Numbered from the stretch's first letter, positions 41,801 to 51,303 are shown. The stretch: 64,000 nucleotides of DNA from an uncultured bacterium (GCA_965371515.1 CBDUYR010000001.1:1-64000); one strand, 5' to 3'. A program made the numbers and translations. Notes: generated from the sequence alone by a model not told the origin.

Positions 41801-42367
41801 ACCTGGCCCGACATCGCCCTGAACTGGAAAGGCCTCGAGAACTGGGGGCCGCTGAAGGGGCTTGTAAGGAGCAGCGTCTTCACGGTCAACTACATAAGGA
41901 AGACGTCGAAGAGCCTCAGTGTCGACAGGCAGGATTACGCTCTGAGCCCCAACTGGAGCCTTACGTGGAAGAACACCCTGTCGACAAACTTGTCGTTTTC
42001 CTACAGCAGGCAGACTAAGATCGAGAAGAAGCAGGAGATCTGGGACCGGACGTGGTCGGCGAACCTTGAACTGCGGTACGACATAAAGGGATCGAAGGGA
42101 TTCGGGCTGCCCATCCCGGGTCTGAGCGGCAAAAAGATCAAGTTTGAAAGTAATTTGACCACCGTGCTGAATCTGGGGTACAGTGCTACGGAGAGTTATA
42201 ATCTTCCGGCCTCGACCGTGATATCGGTCTCTCCGAGATTTACGTATATGTTCAGCCGGAGCATATCGGGGAGTCTGACGGCAAACTACAAGAGGATAGC
42301 CGGCGGCAGGTTCGGGTATATCAACCACGAGGTCGGGCTGCATGCGTCAGCGGAATTCAAGTTCTAG
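35828..42367 (+). CDS. sprA: SprA/Sov-like giant outer-membrane beta-barrel (T9SS translocon homologue)
   Basis: Signal peptide; SprA-like N-terminal motifs NLHGTIGEKV, IRLNYTG.DDEIIKLIEMG, GLFGVK, NVYSLG, L.RGLDYDID, SGEVA...PNPN, VDDMEG, EDLNRNSRLD, LWFDDI; C-terminal aromatic beta-signal EFKF. The true start may be ~35872. Confidence 0.85.
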   Translation: MRMTAYSDRLPGWWVMVPGPNRAKNRIEKLRCGAFPAVLFLLSLAVLSPPAVSQARNPVFLLEIDLLEMSRQLDVRYQWAETGVLPPDYILIGDPDGAAFLYPAFLETKKEFRKTYTEYDPVSGQIYSFQVPGHERFVRTEDRTGVYFSQTVRPMDVEGIEITIQSIDSRSTVLWRNGSREVWVDDVKYALTTRKAARKGRGGLIDINIPISLPKQLEAVFGRGEETRLTVSGREKITIGGTSRWCANCPRTEGMPQQQKFPDLEMEQRLTVNLHGTIGEKVNVAIDHSSMGGGVPSTNRIRLNYTGFDDEIIKLIEMGDTDLTLSGAQLISFSGQAKGLFGVKGVAQIGPLDLTVIASKEEGETSSGSFSSSGGRSDDIAISDYAYIKRQFFYLETPGADFQNPEFGFGIIYPVIGGESSDSLEVFVSLRTDIEWNRYSPKYYVEAWTDPNNDGDLSDGEKFNQWFYLLTEGKDYDLIQDYGNDSATPKYMGIRLRQPLGEDKALAVRYRLDLGSEIVTVGDYGNFPILPDDVKTAPDESLWITTELICPPEEDFSPPSKEEAKYTSTWNMMFRNVYSLGLSGIDDATIDVKIRSVSTIIGTPEIDDYSKENYLRIFGLDRYRTTGDWGHDGYVDIRQGIINFYNGYIMMPSPQPFNVSTNELRRWFGEGGPPDYMFSDSVRTYVDSLSAHLQRNSRIYDEVLDSNNPQHYYEIVIKASSGSRVFNLGAFDILDGTDVVMVDGVKLSRGLDYDIDLVGGVVTLKGDYGNLPPDARVTIDYQHKPLFGGGKSSLLGIGGNLYLSENSRINATFLYNSVGAPKYRPRLGDEPTRNMAADINGSFQFRPGWMTSMANILPLVDTDSPSNLSLSGEVAMSIPNPNTKGEAFVDDMEGIEDSDQINLIRAQWFESSPPIDPDDPGSTMPSWPLGMEFYWYNPANTDQQKFLTTSKKDLNPKLDDRENSRQTSMFIKAIDPDVNQWAGIMTGFAGGIDLSTSQYIEIWINDFTVNQLDRRGILHIDFGKIDEDFHQPDLDEFDVENLINWTIEDDIGFPGDDPNKVFNGDFEADKWDAERGIYRWINSRIGNSRSDGEDLNRNSRLDERNEYFSLELDLADTAIIDIQRDFEGVTTYWEDPEKGWINRKKSWRMYRLDLSRADTMGGVPPRLDKISHMRIWVDDIDQVQATTETGRPAEHMVEVTGIKFVGSRWEFNHIRDLADNETPVSPPGKGTITEMKVNLGTINNKDNPSIYETPYPPDVEEGIENREQSLIYAVENFETGYSFKSMKRFFGTGADFKQYKEISFFIRPDDELVGGVTDGMEFYMQIAYDSLNYYEVAVPLSEVHSNKWQLINVLMSDLTNIKIDALPGEIIEKEISDVADPSKKYMAKLRGDPTLFKVRYLFAGIRNDSGRRIDRGTLWFDDITLGYVRKDIDFAERLSVSANFASILSFNASYQRTGPEFRSLKQKTGSGTTSDNIAMSGKTEVNHFIPTLGFNIPVTARYSKSESKPKYLTQSDVEIVDESIRNEQKTLRNSYTYSVSLNRRGSRNPVMKHVFDNLKAGASYSKNQLASPTAIDTSWSYSWSTNYQIQFGKDRKLTLPMGMGLRYWLTNFTMNAAGSKSLKKTYSYSGERYIQNPIGFSHGWNNEMSMSYDPLESVRINFRRSEKRNMMNYRELYGIPIGRLYNFRQSFEMQYQPRGQVWLLSQFNPRLEYTSRYGEDLNPSVRKTGDPKDTRNVSNDRKINIVFDVDVGGYAIDFGKWIRVLGEYEEGKAVPGSSGASLARQKEDFQKILEDRLKPTRSDKTVDTVLDKERAGEKPPAPGQPPVGEDAGDQEEKKGAFSDLMVRKPRSGIDGLAQPKPEEEKVVEADTVAKQRGESWRLVKMTLRFIGKIDPIKSSIRIDDRSSYQRLYERADWMYRLGFNRGSGAIGSSCDGADCAPENEPYRASKRITLDLRSGIDLTSSLSADIRFNMGRKAEEADSRKTETEDMTWPDIALNWKGLENWGPLKGLVRSSVFTVNYIRKTSKSLSVDRQDYALSPNWSLTWKNTLSTNLSFSYSRQTKIEKKQEIWDRTWSANLELRYDIKGSKGFGLPIPGLSGKKIKFESNLTTVLNLGYSATESYNLPASTVISVSPRFTYMFSRSISGSLTANYKRIAGGRFGYINHEVGLHASAEFKF

Positions 42368-43277
42368 TACGGGCCGGAGGATAGCGGCGATAGTTCCGGT
42401 CCTCACAGCGGTCGTACTCACTGTCCTCACCGGCTGCGGCTCAGGCGGCGTACCCGAGTTCGACAGCACGTCGGCTTTCATACTTCTCGAGCAGCAGGTC
42501 GATATCGGATTCCGCTACCCCGGATCTCCCGAGCACAGGGAACTGCAGAAATACCTGACGGGTAAACTCCAGGATTTCGGAGCGAACGTCTCCCTTCAGC
42601 CGTTCGACGCGGTGCTGACCACTGGTGACACGCTGCACCTGATAAACATCATCGGCAATTACAACAAGGGGGCGTCGAAACGTGTCATGCTCGCCGCGCA
42701 TTACGATACGAGGCCGTATGCCGACCGGGATCCCGATCCGGCGAACCGCGACAAGCCTATCCTCGGTGCAAACGACGGGGCGAGCGGCGTCGCCGTACTG
42801 CTCGAGATAGCGAGGTTGCTGGGGCAGAGTGAACCGCCCGTGGGTGTCGACATCGTTCTCTTCGACGGGGAGGACTACGGCAGGGAAGGGGTACCGATAG
42901 ACTATTGCCTCGGGTCGGCGCACTTCACGAGACGCCTGAAGGGATACAGGCCGTCGGCGGCGATCGTGATCGACATGATCGGCGACAGGGACCTCGAGAT
43001 CAAGATGGAGGGATACTCGAGGGCAGCCTCGCCCAAACTGCTCGGCGAGTTGTTCGATATCGCCGAAGAACTCGGTTTTGAGCAGTTCTGCCGGGAAAAT
43101 ACGGTCGCGATAATCGATGACCATCTTCCCCTGATACAGGCCGGCATCAACGCCGTCGACCTGATCGATTTCGACTACGAATACTGGCACACTCTCGAGG
43201 ACACTCCCGACAAGTGCTCGCCCGGGTCGCTCGAAGTGGTCGGGAAGGTGCTGCTTCACTATATCTGGAGGCAGTAA
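42342..43277 (+). CDS. M28 family peptidase (glutaminyl cyclase-like) lipoprotein
   Basis: Lipobox LTGC; AHYDTR, GANDGASG, FDGEDYG, DMIGD, DDHLP, WHTLED. Confidence 0.9.
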   Translation: MRQRNSSSSTGRRIAAIVPVLTAVVLTVLTGCGSGGVPEFDSTSAFILLEQQVDIGFRYPGSPEHRELQKYLTGKLQDFGANVSLQPFDAVLTTGDTLHLINIIGNYNKGASKRVMLAAHYDTRPYADRDPDPANRDKPILGANDGASGVAVLLEIARLLGQSEPPVGVDIVLFDGEDYGREGVPIDYCLGSAHFTRRLKGYRPSAAIVIDMIGDRDLEIKMEGYSRAASPKLLGELFDIAEELGFEQFCRENTVAIIDDHLPLIQAGINAVDLIDFDYEYWHTLEDTPDKCSPGSLEVVGKVLLHYIWRQ

Positions 43278-43355
43278 AAGAGCGTGCCGGTCACCCTTAC
43301 TCCAAAAAGTACTTGATTTATCCGCTTCCTTGGGATACTTATATATCGATGTTAC

Positions 43356-43387
43356 GAATGGGGCGGTGGGCGCCCCGTTTTTATTAT
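43356..43387 (+). terminator. rimP-leader-like hairpin/attenuator
   Basis: gaatggggcg-gtggg-cgccccgttt followed by ttattat, about 40 nt upstream of rimP. Confidence 0.6.
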
Positions 43388-43427
43388 ATCCGGCGTTTCG
43401 GTGTCCGGAGACATTGGGCGGCGACCG

Positions 43428-43952
43428 ATGATTCCAAATGAACGGCTATCTTCCACAGTGGAGAACGAGGTCGATCTCCTCGGCTTCGAGCTCTTGAAGC
43501 TCGATATGGCCTCGAGGGGTCGCAGGCAGGTCCTGCGAATGTTAATAGACAGGCCCGGAGGGAACGTGTCGGTCGGCGACTGCATCAAGGTATCGAAGGC
43601 GGTCGGGTTCGTGCTGGAGGGCGAGGAACTGATCCAGGGGTCGTTCAACCTGGAGGTCTCGTCTCCCGGCATCAACAGGCCGCTGGTGAAGCCGGCGCAC
43701 TTTGCGAGGTTCACCGGGCACGGCGTAAGGGTGGAATACTCCGAAGATGCCGGAGTGAAGAAAATGGTCATCGGAGAGATCGCGAGGATCGAGGACGACT
43801 CGGTCGTGATCGTCTCGGAAGGCGCCGAGCTGACTGTCGATTTCGACAGGATCATCAAGGCGAACCTTCACGGGGAGAGCTGGGATATAGGCGGAACGAA
43901 GGGGCGCGGCGGGAAGCAAACCGGGAAAGGCCGCCAGAGGAAAAGATTTTGA
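43428..43952 (+). CDS. rimP: Ribosome maturation factor RimP
   Basis: LIDRPGG...DC, LEVSSPGINRPL; first gene of the nusA-infB operon. Confidence 0.93.
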   Translation: MIPNERLSSTVENEVDLLGFELLKLDMASRGRRQVLRMLIDRPGGNVSVGDCIKVSKAVGFVLEGEELIQGSFNLEVSSPGINRPLVKPAHFARFTGHGVRVEYSEDAGVKKMVIGEIARIEDDSVVIVSEGAELTVDFDRIIKANLHGESWDIGGTKGRGGKQTGKGRQRKRF

Positions 43953-43977
43953 CACTTCAACGTGTGTAGACTAAAAT
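43949..43977 (+). promoter_or_regulatory. sigma70-type promoter upstream of nusA
   Basis: TTGACA (43949-43954), 17-nt spacer, TAAAAT (43972-43977). Confidence 0.72.
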
Positions 43978-44007
43978 GCCTTGCACGGTTTGAAGGGAGC
44001 GTCAGGA

Positions 44008-45573
44008 ATGAACGCAGGATTTCTCGAAGCATTTGCGCAGATAATCAGGGTAAAGAGGGTAGACAAGGCCACTCTTATCGACACTATCAAAACGAGCCTT
44101 ATCTCGGCGGCCAAGCGTAAGTTTGGGCAGGAAGCGGAGATAGAGGTCGAGCTGGACGACGCCAAGGGCCTGCTCGAGGTGTACCGCATATTCAAGGTCG
44201 TCAAGAAGGTAGAGGAGCCTGACACCGAGATAGACCTCAAGAGCGCCCGCGAGATGGATGACGAGGCCAAGGTCGGCTCCGAGATCAAGCTGATGCTTCC
44301 CCTCGAGGATTTCGGCCGCAACGCCGTTCAGACGGCCAAGCAGGTCCTGATGCAGAAGGTCAGGGAGGCTGAGCGGGAGAGGGTCTTCGAGGATTACAAG
44401 GACAAGGTCGGAGTCATCGCATCCGGTACGGTCCGCCAGGTGGACAGGGGCAATATCCTTGTCAACCTTGGCAGAGCCGAGGCGTATCTGCCCAACCGCG
44501 AGCAGATCCGCAAGGAGCGTTATAACCAGGGCGATACGATCCGCGCAGTCATCATCGAGGTCGACAAGGAGGCAAAGGGCCCCCTGATCATTCTCTCCCG
44601 GACGAGCAACCAGTTCATCCAGAAGCTGTTCGAGCAGGAAGTGCCCGAGATATTCGACGGCGACGTCGAGATAAAGAATATCGCCCGCGAGCCGGGCGGA
44701 CGCTCGAAGATCGCGGTCCACTCGAGAAGCGAGAAGGTCGACGCCGTCGGTTCATGCGTCGGGATGAAGGGGTCACGTGTACAGGCTGTCGTGAACGAGC
44801 TTCACGGCGAGAAGATAGATATCGTCAGCTGGAGCGAGAGTTCCAACGAATTCGTGTCGAGGGCGCTCGCGCCGGCGAAGGTATCGGCGCTGAGGTTCAA
44901 CGAGGCCGAGGAGGATGTCCTTGCTATCGTCGAGGAGGACCAGCTTTCGCTTGCCATAGGCAAGGAGGGGCAGAACGTCCGTCTCGCATCAAAACTCACC
45001 GGCTGGAAGATCGACCTGGCGCCTGTCAGGGAGATCGAGCGCAGGGACAGGCTCGAGCAGAAGCTCCAGATGGATATCTCCGACATGGTCGGGGTGACGC
45101 CGAAGATTGCGACGAGGCTGAAGGGTATCGGCATCCTCACCGTCCAGAAATTGTACAAGACCCTGCTCGACGAGTTGCTCGCCATCGAGGGCATCGGCCC
45201 GAAGACGGCAGAGAAGCTCAAGGAGAGCGCGACCGAGACGATGGAAGAGCTGAACAAGGCGCTCGAGGAACTGCTCGAGAAGGAAAAGGCCGAAGAGGTC
45301 ATCACCGAGGAGCTCTTCGACGAGACTGCCCTTGCTCCCGAGGCCGAAAAGGAGGAAGAGGAAGTCAAACTCACCGAAGAACAGCTGTTCGGAGACCTTG
45401 ACGAGTCCGGTGAAGAGGAAGCGGACGAGGAAGAAAAAAAGACCGAAGAGGATTCTCCGGATGAAGAAGAGGCCGGGGATGACGTCGAGGAGGAGCAGGA
45501 ATCTCCCTCGGAAGATAAAGAGACAGAAGAGCCGGGCGGCGAGGATACCGGTCCCGGCAAAAAGGAAGAATAA
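44008..45573 (+). CDS. nusA: Transcription factor NusA with HhH domain and acidic tail
   Basis: FGRNAVQTAKQV, EVPEI, AREPGGRSK, VGSCVG, SLAIGKEGQNVRLA. Confidence 0.98.
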   Translation: MNAGFLEAFAQIIRVKRVDKATLIDTIKTSLISAAKRKFGQEAEIEVELDDAKGLLEVYRIFKVVKKVEEPDTEIDLKSAREMDDEAKVGSEIKLMLPLEDFGRNAVQTAKQVLMQKVREAERERVFEDYKDKVGVIASGTVRQVDRGNILVNLGRAEAYLPNREQIRKERYNQGDTIRAVIIEVDKEAKGPLIILSRTSNQFIQKLFEQEVPEIFDGDVEIKNIAREPGGRSKIAVHSRSEKVDAVGSCVGMKGSRVQAVVNELHGEKIDIVSWSESSNEFVSRALAPAKVSALRFNEAEEDVLAIVEEDQLSLAIGKEGQNVRLASKLTGWKIDLAPVREIERRDRLEQKLQMDISDMVGVTPKIATRLKGIGILTVQKLYKTLLDELLAIEGIGPKTAEKLKESATETMEELNKALEELLEKEKAEEVITEELFDETALAPEAEKEEEEVKLTEEQLFGDLDESGEEEADEEEKKTEEDSPDEEEAGDDVEEEQESPSEDKETEEPGGEDTGPGKKEE

Positions 45574-45599
45574 GGGTGTTCGAAGGGAGTTGAGGTCCT

Positions 45600-47744
45600 T
45601 TGGCGAAAGTCCGCGTATATCAGCTTGCTCGCAAATACGAGATCTCCAGTGATGCTCTGCGCAAGATCCTCGTGAAGGAGGGCATCACCGTCAAGAGCCA
45701 CATGAGCTCCGTGGACGAGAAGGTCGAGACGTTTGTCGAGCAGCATCTCAAGCGCGTCAAGGCGGCCACGACTCGCGAGGTAAAGAAAAGGGACAGGAAT
45801 CTGCCCAGGGGCAAACCCGCGAAGAAGCCAAAGGGAAAAAGGACAAGGAAACCCGCGAGAAAGCCCGAAACAGACCACAAGGCGGTCAAAGAGAGCGTCA
45901 AACGCACGCTCGCCAGGCTCGATGTCACAAGGAAATCCCGCAGGCGCAAGCGCGAGAAGGAAGAGGTAGTCGAGGTCGAGCAGGACCTGAACGTCATCAA
46001 GCTTCCCGAGTTTTCCACCGTCGCGGACCTTGCGGAAAAACTCGACGTCGATCCGGCGGAGATCATACAGAAATGCTTTGTGCTGGGGCTGATGGTCTCG
46101 ATCAACCAGAGGCTCGACTCCGACACGATCAAGATGCTTGCCGAGGAGTACGGTGTCGGCGTCGTGTTCCTCTCCGAATATAGGCAGGACATGCTCGCGG
46201 GGAAAAAGGAGATCAAGCCCGAGAGGCTGGTCGAGCGTTCTCCCGTGGTGACGATCATGGGGCACGTCGATCACGGCAAGACCTCTCTTCTCGACAACAT
46301 CCGCAACAGCAATATCATCGATGGTGAGAAGGGCGGGATCACACAGCATATCGGAGCCTACGAGGTCGAAGCAGCCGGAAGGAAGATCACGTTCATCGAC
46401 ACCCCGGGGCACGAGGCGTTCACCGCGATGCGCTCGAGGGGGGCCCAGCTCACCGACATCGTCATACTCATCACCGCCGCCGACGACGGCGTGATGCCGC
46501 AGACGATCGAGGCGATCAACCACGCCAGGGCCGCCGACGTTCCGATAATCGTCGCGATAAACAAGATCGACCTGCCGAACGCCGACCTCGGCAAGGTAAA
46601 GCAGGGCCTGCTTCAGCAGAACCTCGTGCTCGAGGAGTACGGCGGCAACGTAATGGGGACCGAGATCTCGGCCAAGAACGGTACAAACATAGACAGTCTG
46701 CTCGAGATGATCCTCCTGCAGGCGGAGATGATGGAGCTGAAGGCAGATCCGGAGGCCGAGGTCCGCGGCGTAGTGCTCGAGGCGCGCAAGGAGGAGGGCA
46801 GGGGCAACGTCTGCACCGTGCTCATCCAGCAGGGGACCCTGAAGGTGGGCGATATCTTCATCACCGGCAACTTCTACGGCAAGGTCAGGGCGATGTTCAA
46901 CGAGCGGGGCGTCAGGATCGAGCAGGCGCCGCCGTCAACGCCCGCCGTCATCCTCGGATGCACCGGGATCCCACAGGCGGGAGATGCCTTCTACCAGGTA
47001 GAGGGCGAGAAGACGGCCAAGGAAATAGCGAGCAAGCGGCAGCAGTTCGCCCGCGAGAAGGACTACCGCACGGTCCAGAGGATCACCCTCGAGGATCTCT
47101 ACAGGCAGATCCAGGAGGGCAGTGTCAAGGACCTCAACCTCATCATCAGGGCCGATACGGACGGCTCGGTGGAGGTGCTCACAGACAGCCTCACCTCCCT
47201 CAATACCGAAGAGGTGAAGGTCAATGTGATCCAGAAACTCGTCGGCATGATAAACGAGAGCGATATCCTCCTCGCGTCCGCCTCGAACGCCGTGGTGATA
47301 GGATTCCACACCTTGATACCGCCGCAGGCGCAGCAGCTTGCCAAGGTTGAGAATGTCGATGTCAGGCTCTACGACGTCATCTACAAGGCGATAGACGATA
47401 TAAAGGACGCGATGTCGGGACTGCTAGAGCCGGAGATCATCGAGACGCCTCTCGGGGACGCCGAAGTGAGACAGGTCTTCAAGGTCTCGAAGACCGGTAC
47501 GATCGCCGGATGCTATGTCACCTCGGGAACGATCAAGCGCAATGCCCTCGTCCGCGTGAAAAGGGAAGGGGAGGTCGTCCATCAGGCGGCGATCAATTCG
47601 CTGAAACGCTTCAAGGACGACGCCAGAGAGGTCCAGTCGGGGTTCGAGTGCGGTATCGGGGTAGAGGGCTTTGAAAACTTCGTCGAGGGTGACATCATAG
47701 AGGCATACGTCGAAGAGGAGAAGCACAGGACGATCGACGGCTGA
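45600..47744 (+). CDS. infB: Translation initiation factor IF-2
   Basis: [42 protein letters not shown] start. Confidence 0.98.
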   Translation: MAKVRVYQLARKYEISSDALRKILVKEGITVKSHMSSVDEKVETFVEQHLKRVKAATTREVKKRDRNLPRGKPAKKPKGKRTRKPARKPETDHKAVKESVKRTLARLDVTRKSRRRKREKEEVVEVEQDLNVIKLPEFSTVADLAEKLDVDPAEIIQKCFVLGLMVSINQRLDSDTIKMLAEEYGVGVVFLSEYRQDMLAGKKEIKPERLVERSPVVTIMGHVDHGKTSLLDNIRNSNIIDGEKGGITQHIGAYEVEAAGRKITFIDTPGHEAFTAMRSRGAQLTDIVILITAADDGVMPQTIEAINHARAADVPIIVAINKIDLPNADLGKVKQGLLQQNLVLEEYGGNVMGTEISAKNGTNIDSLLEMILLQAEMMELKADPEAEVRGVVLEARKEEGRGNVCTVLIQQGTLKVGDIFITGNFYGKVRAMFNERGVRIEQAPPSTPAVILGCTGIPQAGDAFYQVEGEKTAKEIASKRQQFAREKDYRTVQRITLEDLYRQIQEGSVKDLNLIIRADTDGSVEVLTDSLTSLNTEEVKVNVIQKLVGMINESDILLASASNAVVIGFHTLIPPQAQQLAKVENVDVRLYDVIYKAIDDIKDAMSGLLEPEIIETPLGDAEVRQVFKVSKTGTIAGCYVTSGTIKRNALVRVKREGEVVHQAAINSLKRFKDDAREVQSGFECGIGVEGFENFVEGDIIEAYVEEEKHRTIDG

Positions 47745-47758
47745 GCGGGAGACACAGC

Positions 47759-48040
47759 ATGATCGTGGCTTGCCTCAGAGTCCGGTTGCATCTGCCCGGC
47801 TGCAATTCACTCAAGGAAAAGCGGTTCGTTCTGAAAAGCCTGAAGGACAGGCTGAAGAACAGGTTCAACGTCGCCCTCTGCGAGTACGGCAGCCAGGACA
47901 AGTGGCAGCTCACAGACCTGGGTATCGCGACCGTCACGACCGATACGAGGGGAGCGGACAGGGTGCTCCAGGCGGTCATAAATTTTATGGAAAAGGACGG
48001 CCGTATCGAGCTGGTCGACATGGAGAGAGAGACATACTGA
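47759..48040 (+). CDS. DUF503 (YlxP-like) protein
   Basis: SLKEKR...LKNRFNV; typical position between infB and rbfA. Confidence 0.88.
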   Translation: MIVACLRVRLHLPGCNSLKEKRFVLKSLKDRLKNRFNVALCEYGSQDKWQLTDLGIATVTTDTRGADRVLQAVINFMEKDGRIELVDMERETY

Positions 48041-48056
48041 CCCCGCGGAAAAGGAT

Positions 48057-48443
48057 ATGAGCGAGAGGAACAAGGGAAGGATAGAGGAGACGATACGCCA
48101 GATGGTGGCGTCGCTTCTCCTGAGAAAGGTCAAGGACCCGCGGGTAACCGACGTCTCGATCCTGCGCGTCGATGCCTCGAGGGATTATTCCGTCGCGAAG
48201 ATCTACTTCAACCTTATCGGCGGGAGCGAGCCGGAGAGAGTGGCCGAGGCGGAGAAGGGCCTGGCCAGCAGCAGGGGATACATGCGGATGCACATCAAGA
48301 AACACATCAGGCTGAGAGTCATCCCCGAACTCGTCTTTATATTCGATTCGTCGCTCGACAGGGCGATGCATCTCGAGGAGATCATCGACAGTATACACAG
48401 CGATGAAGCCGGCAAGGACGCCGAAGGGGAGGAGCAGGGATGA
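48057..48443 (+). CDS. rbfA: Ribosome-binding factor A
   Basis: VKDPRV, LRVIPELVFIFDSS. Confidence 0.93.
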   Translation: MSERNKGRIEETIRQMVASLLLRKVKDPRVTDVSILRVDASRDYSVAKIYFNLIGGSEPERVAEAEKGLASSRGYMRMHIKKHIRLRVIPELVFIFDSSLDRAMHLEEIIDSIHSDEAGKDAEGEEQG

Positions 48444-49423
48444 GCGGGGAAAGGTTCGAAAAGGAATTTTCGGAGATGATGGCGCTGATAGATCGCCACG
48501 AATCGGTCCTGGTGACGGGACACATCGATCCAGACGGGGACTGCATCGGGTCGATGTTTGCCATCGCCATGATGCTCGAGGAGATGGGCAAGAAGGTCAT
48601 GTGCTACGCCCCGGGCGAGATCTCCGAGCTTTTCCTCAAGCTCCCCGGCGCATCGATGCTCGCGGAGCGCGAGGATGCGTCGAGTTTCAAGCACGACCTC
48701 GTAATAGCCGTCGATTCCCCGAATACGGCGAGGACGGAGAATTTTGCCAGGCCCTGCGAGAATGAGGACGTCATCAACGTCGACCATCATCCCACGAACG
48801 AGATGTACGGCTGCGTGAACATCGTCGACGGCACCGCCGCCGCGACGACTGTACTGGTATACAGATTCTTTTTGTCGGCGGCCCCCGACAGGATCACGGC
48901 CGACGTGGCTGACTGCCTCTACCTCGGCATCCTGATGGACACGGGCGGCTTCCGATTCCAGAACGTGGATTCAGAGGCGCTCCGTATTGCCTCGGAGCTG
49001 ATCGATCTTGGGGCGAGGGCGTACGACCTGGCGCACGAATATATATATGTGAAGAAGTTTTCCACGCTCAAGCTGCTCGGCCTCGTACTCGATTCCCTGC
49101 GCCTGCACCTCGACGGACGTGCCGTGACGATAGAGGTCACCTCGGAGATGCTCGAGAAGACGGGGACGACGCTGAAGGATTCGGAAGGCTTCGTCGATTA
49201 CGGCGCCGCGCTCGACGACGTCGAGCTGGTGGCGCTCTTCAGGGAGACCGCCCCAGGCGAGGTAAGGGTCAGCCTCCGCTCGAGAAACGACCACAACGTC
49301 TCGGCTCTCGCCGAGAGATTCGGCGGCGGCGGGCATGTCAGGGCGGCCGGCCTCACGCTCGAGACCGATCTGGTATCCGCGAGGAAGACGATCGTCGACG
49401 GCTTCGGGGAGTTGCTGGGCTGA
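48440..49423 (+). CDS. nrnA: DHH-family oligoribonuclease / PAP phosphatase NrnA
   Basis: HIDPDGDCIGS, VDHH, DTGGF, SLRS, GGGGHVRAAG. Confidence 0.92.
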   Translation: MSGERFEKEFSEMMALIDRHESVLVTGHIDPDGDCIGSMFAIAMMLEEMGKKVMCYAPGEISELFLKLPGASMLAEREDASSFKHDLVIAVDSPNTARTENFARPCENEDVINVDHHPTNEMYGCVNIVDGTAAATTVLVYRFFLSAAPDRITADVADCLYLGILMDTGGFRFQNVDSEALRIASELIDLGARAYDLAHEYIYVKKFSTLKLLGLVLDSLRLHLDGRAVTIEVTSEMLEKTGTTLKDSEGFVDYGAALDDVELVALFRETAPGEVRVSLRSRNDHNVSALAERFGGGGHVRAAGLTLETDLVSARKTIVDGFGELLG

Positions 49424-49449
49424 AGCCGCACGGAGACGGCGAACCGGAT

Positions 49450-50355
49450 ATGGACGACAGGCTCGATAATCTCGTAATACCCGTAAACAAGTCTCACGGC
49501 CTGTCGACATACGATGTCATCAGGCGCTTCAGGAAGGTCGTGAGGATAAGGAAGGTCGGACATTCGGGTACGCTCGACCCGCTTGCCACAGGCCTCGTGC
49601 TGCTCCTCACAGGCGATGCCACGAAGCTGTCGAGCTACATGATGGATCTGCCCAAGACGTATATCGCCGACATCGAACTGGGCAGTTCGACAGACACGAA
49701 CGACGCTGAGGGAAAGGTCGTCGAGACGGGGGACTGGAGCGGAATCACCGAAGAGGCGATCCGATCGGTCCTTCCCTCATTTCTCGGCAGGAGGGAGCAG
49801 ATCCCTCCGATGTTCTCCGCCCTGAAGCACAAGGGCGTACCCCTCTACACGCTGGCCCGCAGGGGCGAGAAGGTGGAGCGCAGGCCGCGCGAGGTCGAGA
49901 CGTACGCATTGAACCTGCTCTGCTGTCAGCTACCCGTCTTCCGGATAGAGACCGTCTGCTCGAAAGGGATGTATATGAGAGTCCTGGCCGAGGAGATCGG
50001 AGCGAAGCTCGGGGTGCCGGCCTACCTCAAGAACCTCGTGAGGACGAAGATCGGGCAGTTCGACGTGGATTCGGCCGTGCCGGACGATGGTTTCGACGGA
50101 TTGGCCGGGATGGAGAAACCGGGGTTCGGGATGACGGAGGCTCTCGGTCATCTCAGGCCTGTCGAACTCGACGAGCAGCAGGCTGAAGGGGTGAGCAAAG
50201 GCGCCGTTCCCAGGATGGACGGCCCGGTGGCTCGAATGGGGGAGATAGTCCGTCTCATCGATGCCGAGGGAAGGCTCTGCGCGATCGCAGAGGCGGGGCC
50301 GACAGGGATAATGAAGCTCAGGAGGGTCTTCATCGGCGAAGACCGGGGATCATAA
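49450..50355 (+). CDS. truB: tRNA pseudouridine-55 synthase
   Basis: KVGHSGTLDPLATG, QIPPMFSALK, CSKGMYMR. Confidence 0.96.
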   Translation: MDDRLDNLVIPVNKSHGLSTYDVIRRFRKVVRIRKVGHSGTLDPLATGLVLLLTGDATKLSSYMMDLPKTYIADIELGSSTDTNDAEGKVVETGDWSGITEEAIRSVLPSFLGRREQIPPMFSALKHKGVPLYTLARRGEKVERRPREVETYALNLLCCQLPVFRIETVCSKGMYMRVLAEEIGAKLGVPAYLKNLVRTKIGQFDVDSAVPDDGFDGLAGMEKPGFGMTEALGHLRPVELDEQQAEGVSKGAVPRMDGPVARMGEIVRLIDAEGRLCAIAEAGPTGIMKLRRVFIGEDRGS

Positions 50356-50358
50356 GCG

Positions 50359-51303
50359 ATGACCGAACTGATCAGAAACGCAGAGGCGATCGATCTCGAT
50401 AAGGCCGATTCGGCAGTCACCATCGGGGTTTTTGACGGAGTCCATACCGGTCATCAGAAGGTCATCTCCGAGGCGCTCGAGAGGGCGAGGGAGGCGGGCC
50501 TGCGGAGGACCGTCCTGGTGACCTTCGACAGGCACCCGATGAGCGTGACCCGCCCGGAGGATGCCCCCGGTCTGCTGACGACCCTGGACGAAAAGCTTTC
50601 ACTGCTGCAGGGGCTGGGACTCGACGTGATATTCGTCGAGAAGTTCGACGATGTAACTGCCTCGATCCCCTACGCCGACTATATCAAGAACAGGCTCGTT
50701 GTCGACCTTGGGATGCGTCATCTGACCGTTGGATACGATTTCCATCTCGGAAGGGGAAGGCGGGGAGGAAGCGAGGCCTTGATCGAGGAAGGGAAAAGAT
50801 CGGGCTTCGGTGTGACGGTGGTTCCCCCGGTCGTCGTGGGAGGCACGGCAGTCTCGAGCACGAGGATCAGGAAGGACGTGATGGAGAGGAAGATGGGCCG
50901 TGCGGCGAGATTCCTTACCCGTCCCTATTTCTTCGACGCCGACGTAGAAAGAGGCGGGGGAGTGGGCAGTGAGCTCGGGTACCCGACGGCAAACGCCTGC
51001 GTTGCCCACAGCGAGAAGCTGATACCGCCCGGCGGCGCCTACGCCGTGACAGTGGATACGGACGGAACGAGCTACGGGGGGATGATGAACATCGGGCTCG
51101 CGCCGACGGTCAGGTGCGACGGGCGCGAAAGCATCGAGGTCCATCTGTTCGATTTCGACGGCGACCTGTACGACAGCAGGCTGCGGATACATGTCGTCGA
51201 ATATATACGAGACGAGAGACGGTTCCGCGGCCGTGAAGAATTGATGGATCAGCTTCTAAGGGATAGCGTAAAAGTCAGGCGCATTCTGGAAAAGAAACGT
51301 TGA
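50359..51303 (+). CDS. ribF: Riboflavin kinase / FAD synthetase
   Basis: [31 protein letters not shown]. Confidence 0.96.
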   Translation: MTELIRNAEAIDLDKADSAVTIGVFDGVHTGHQKVISEALERAREAGLRRTVLVTFDRHPMSVTRPEDAPGLLTTLDEKLSLLQGLGLDVIFVEKFDDVTASIPYADYIKNRLVVDLGMRHLTVGYDFHLGRGRRGGSEALIEEGKRSGFGVTVVPPVVVGGTAVSSTRIRKDVMERKMGRAARFLTRPYFFDADVERGGGVGSELGYPTANACVAHSEKLIPPGGAYAVTVDTDGTSYGGMMNIGLAPTVRCDGRESIEVHLFDFDGDLYDSRLRIHVVEYIRDERRFRGREELMDQLLRDSVKVRRILEKKR

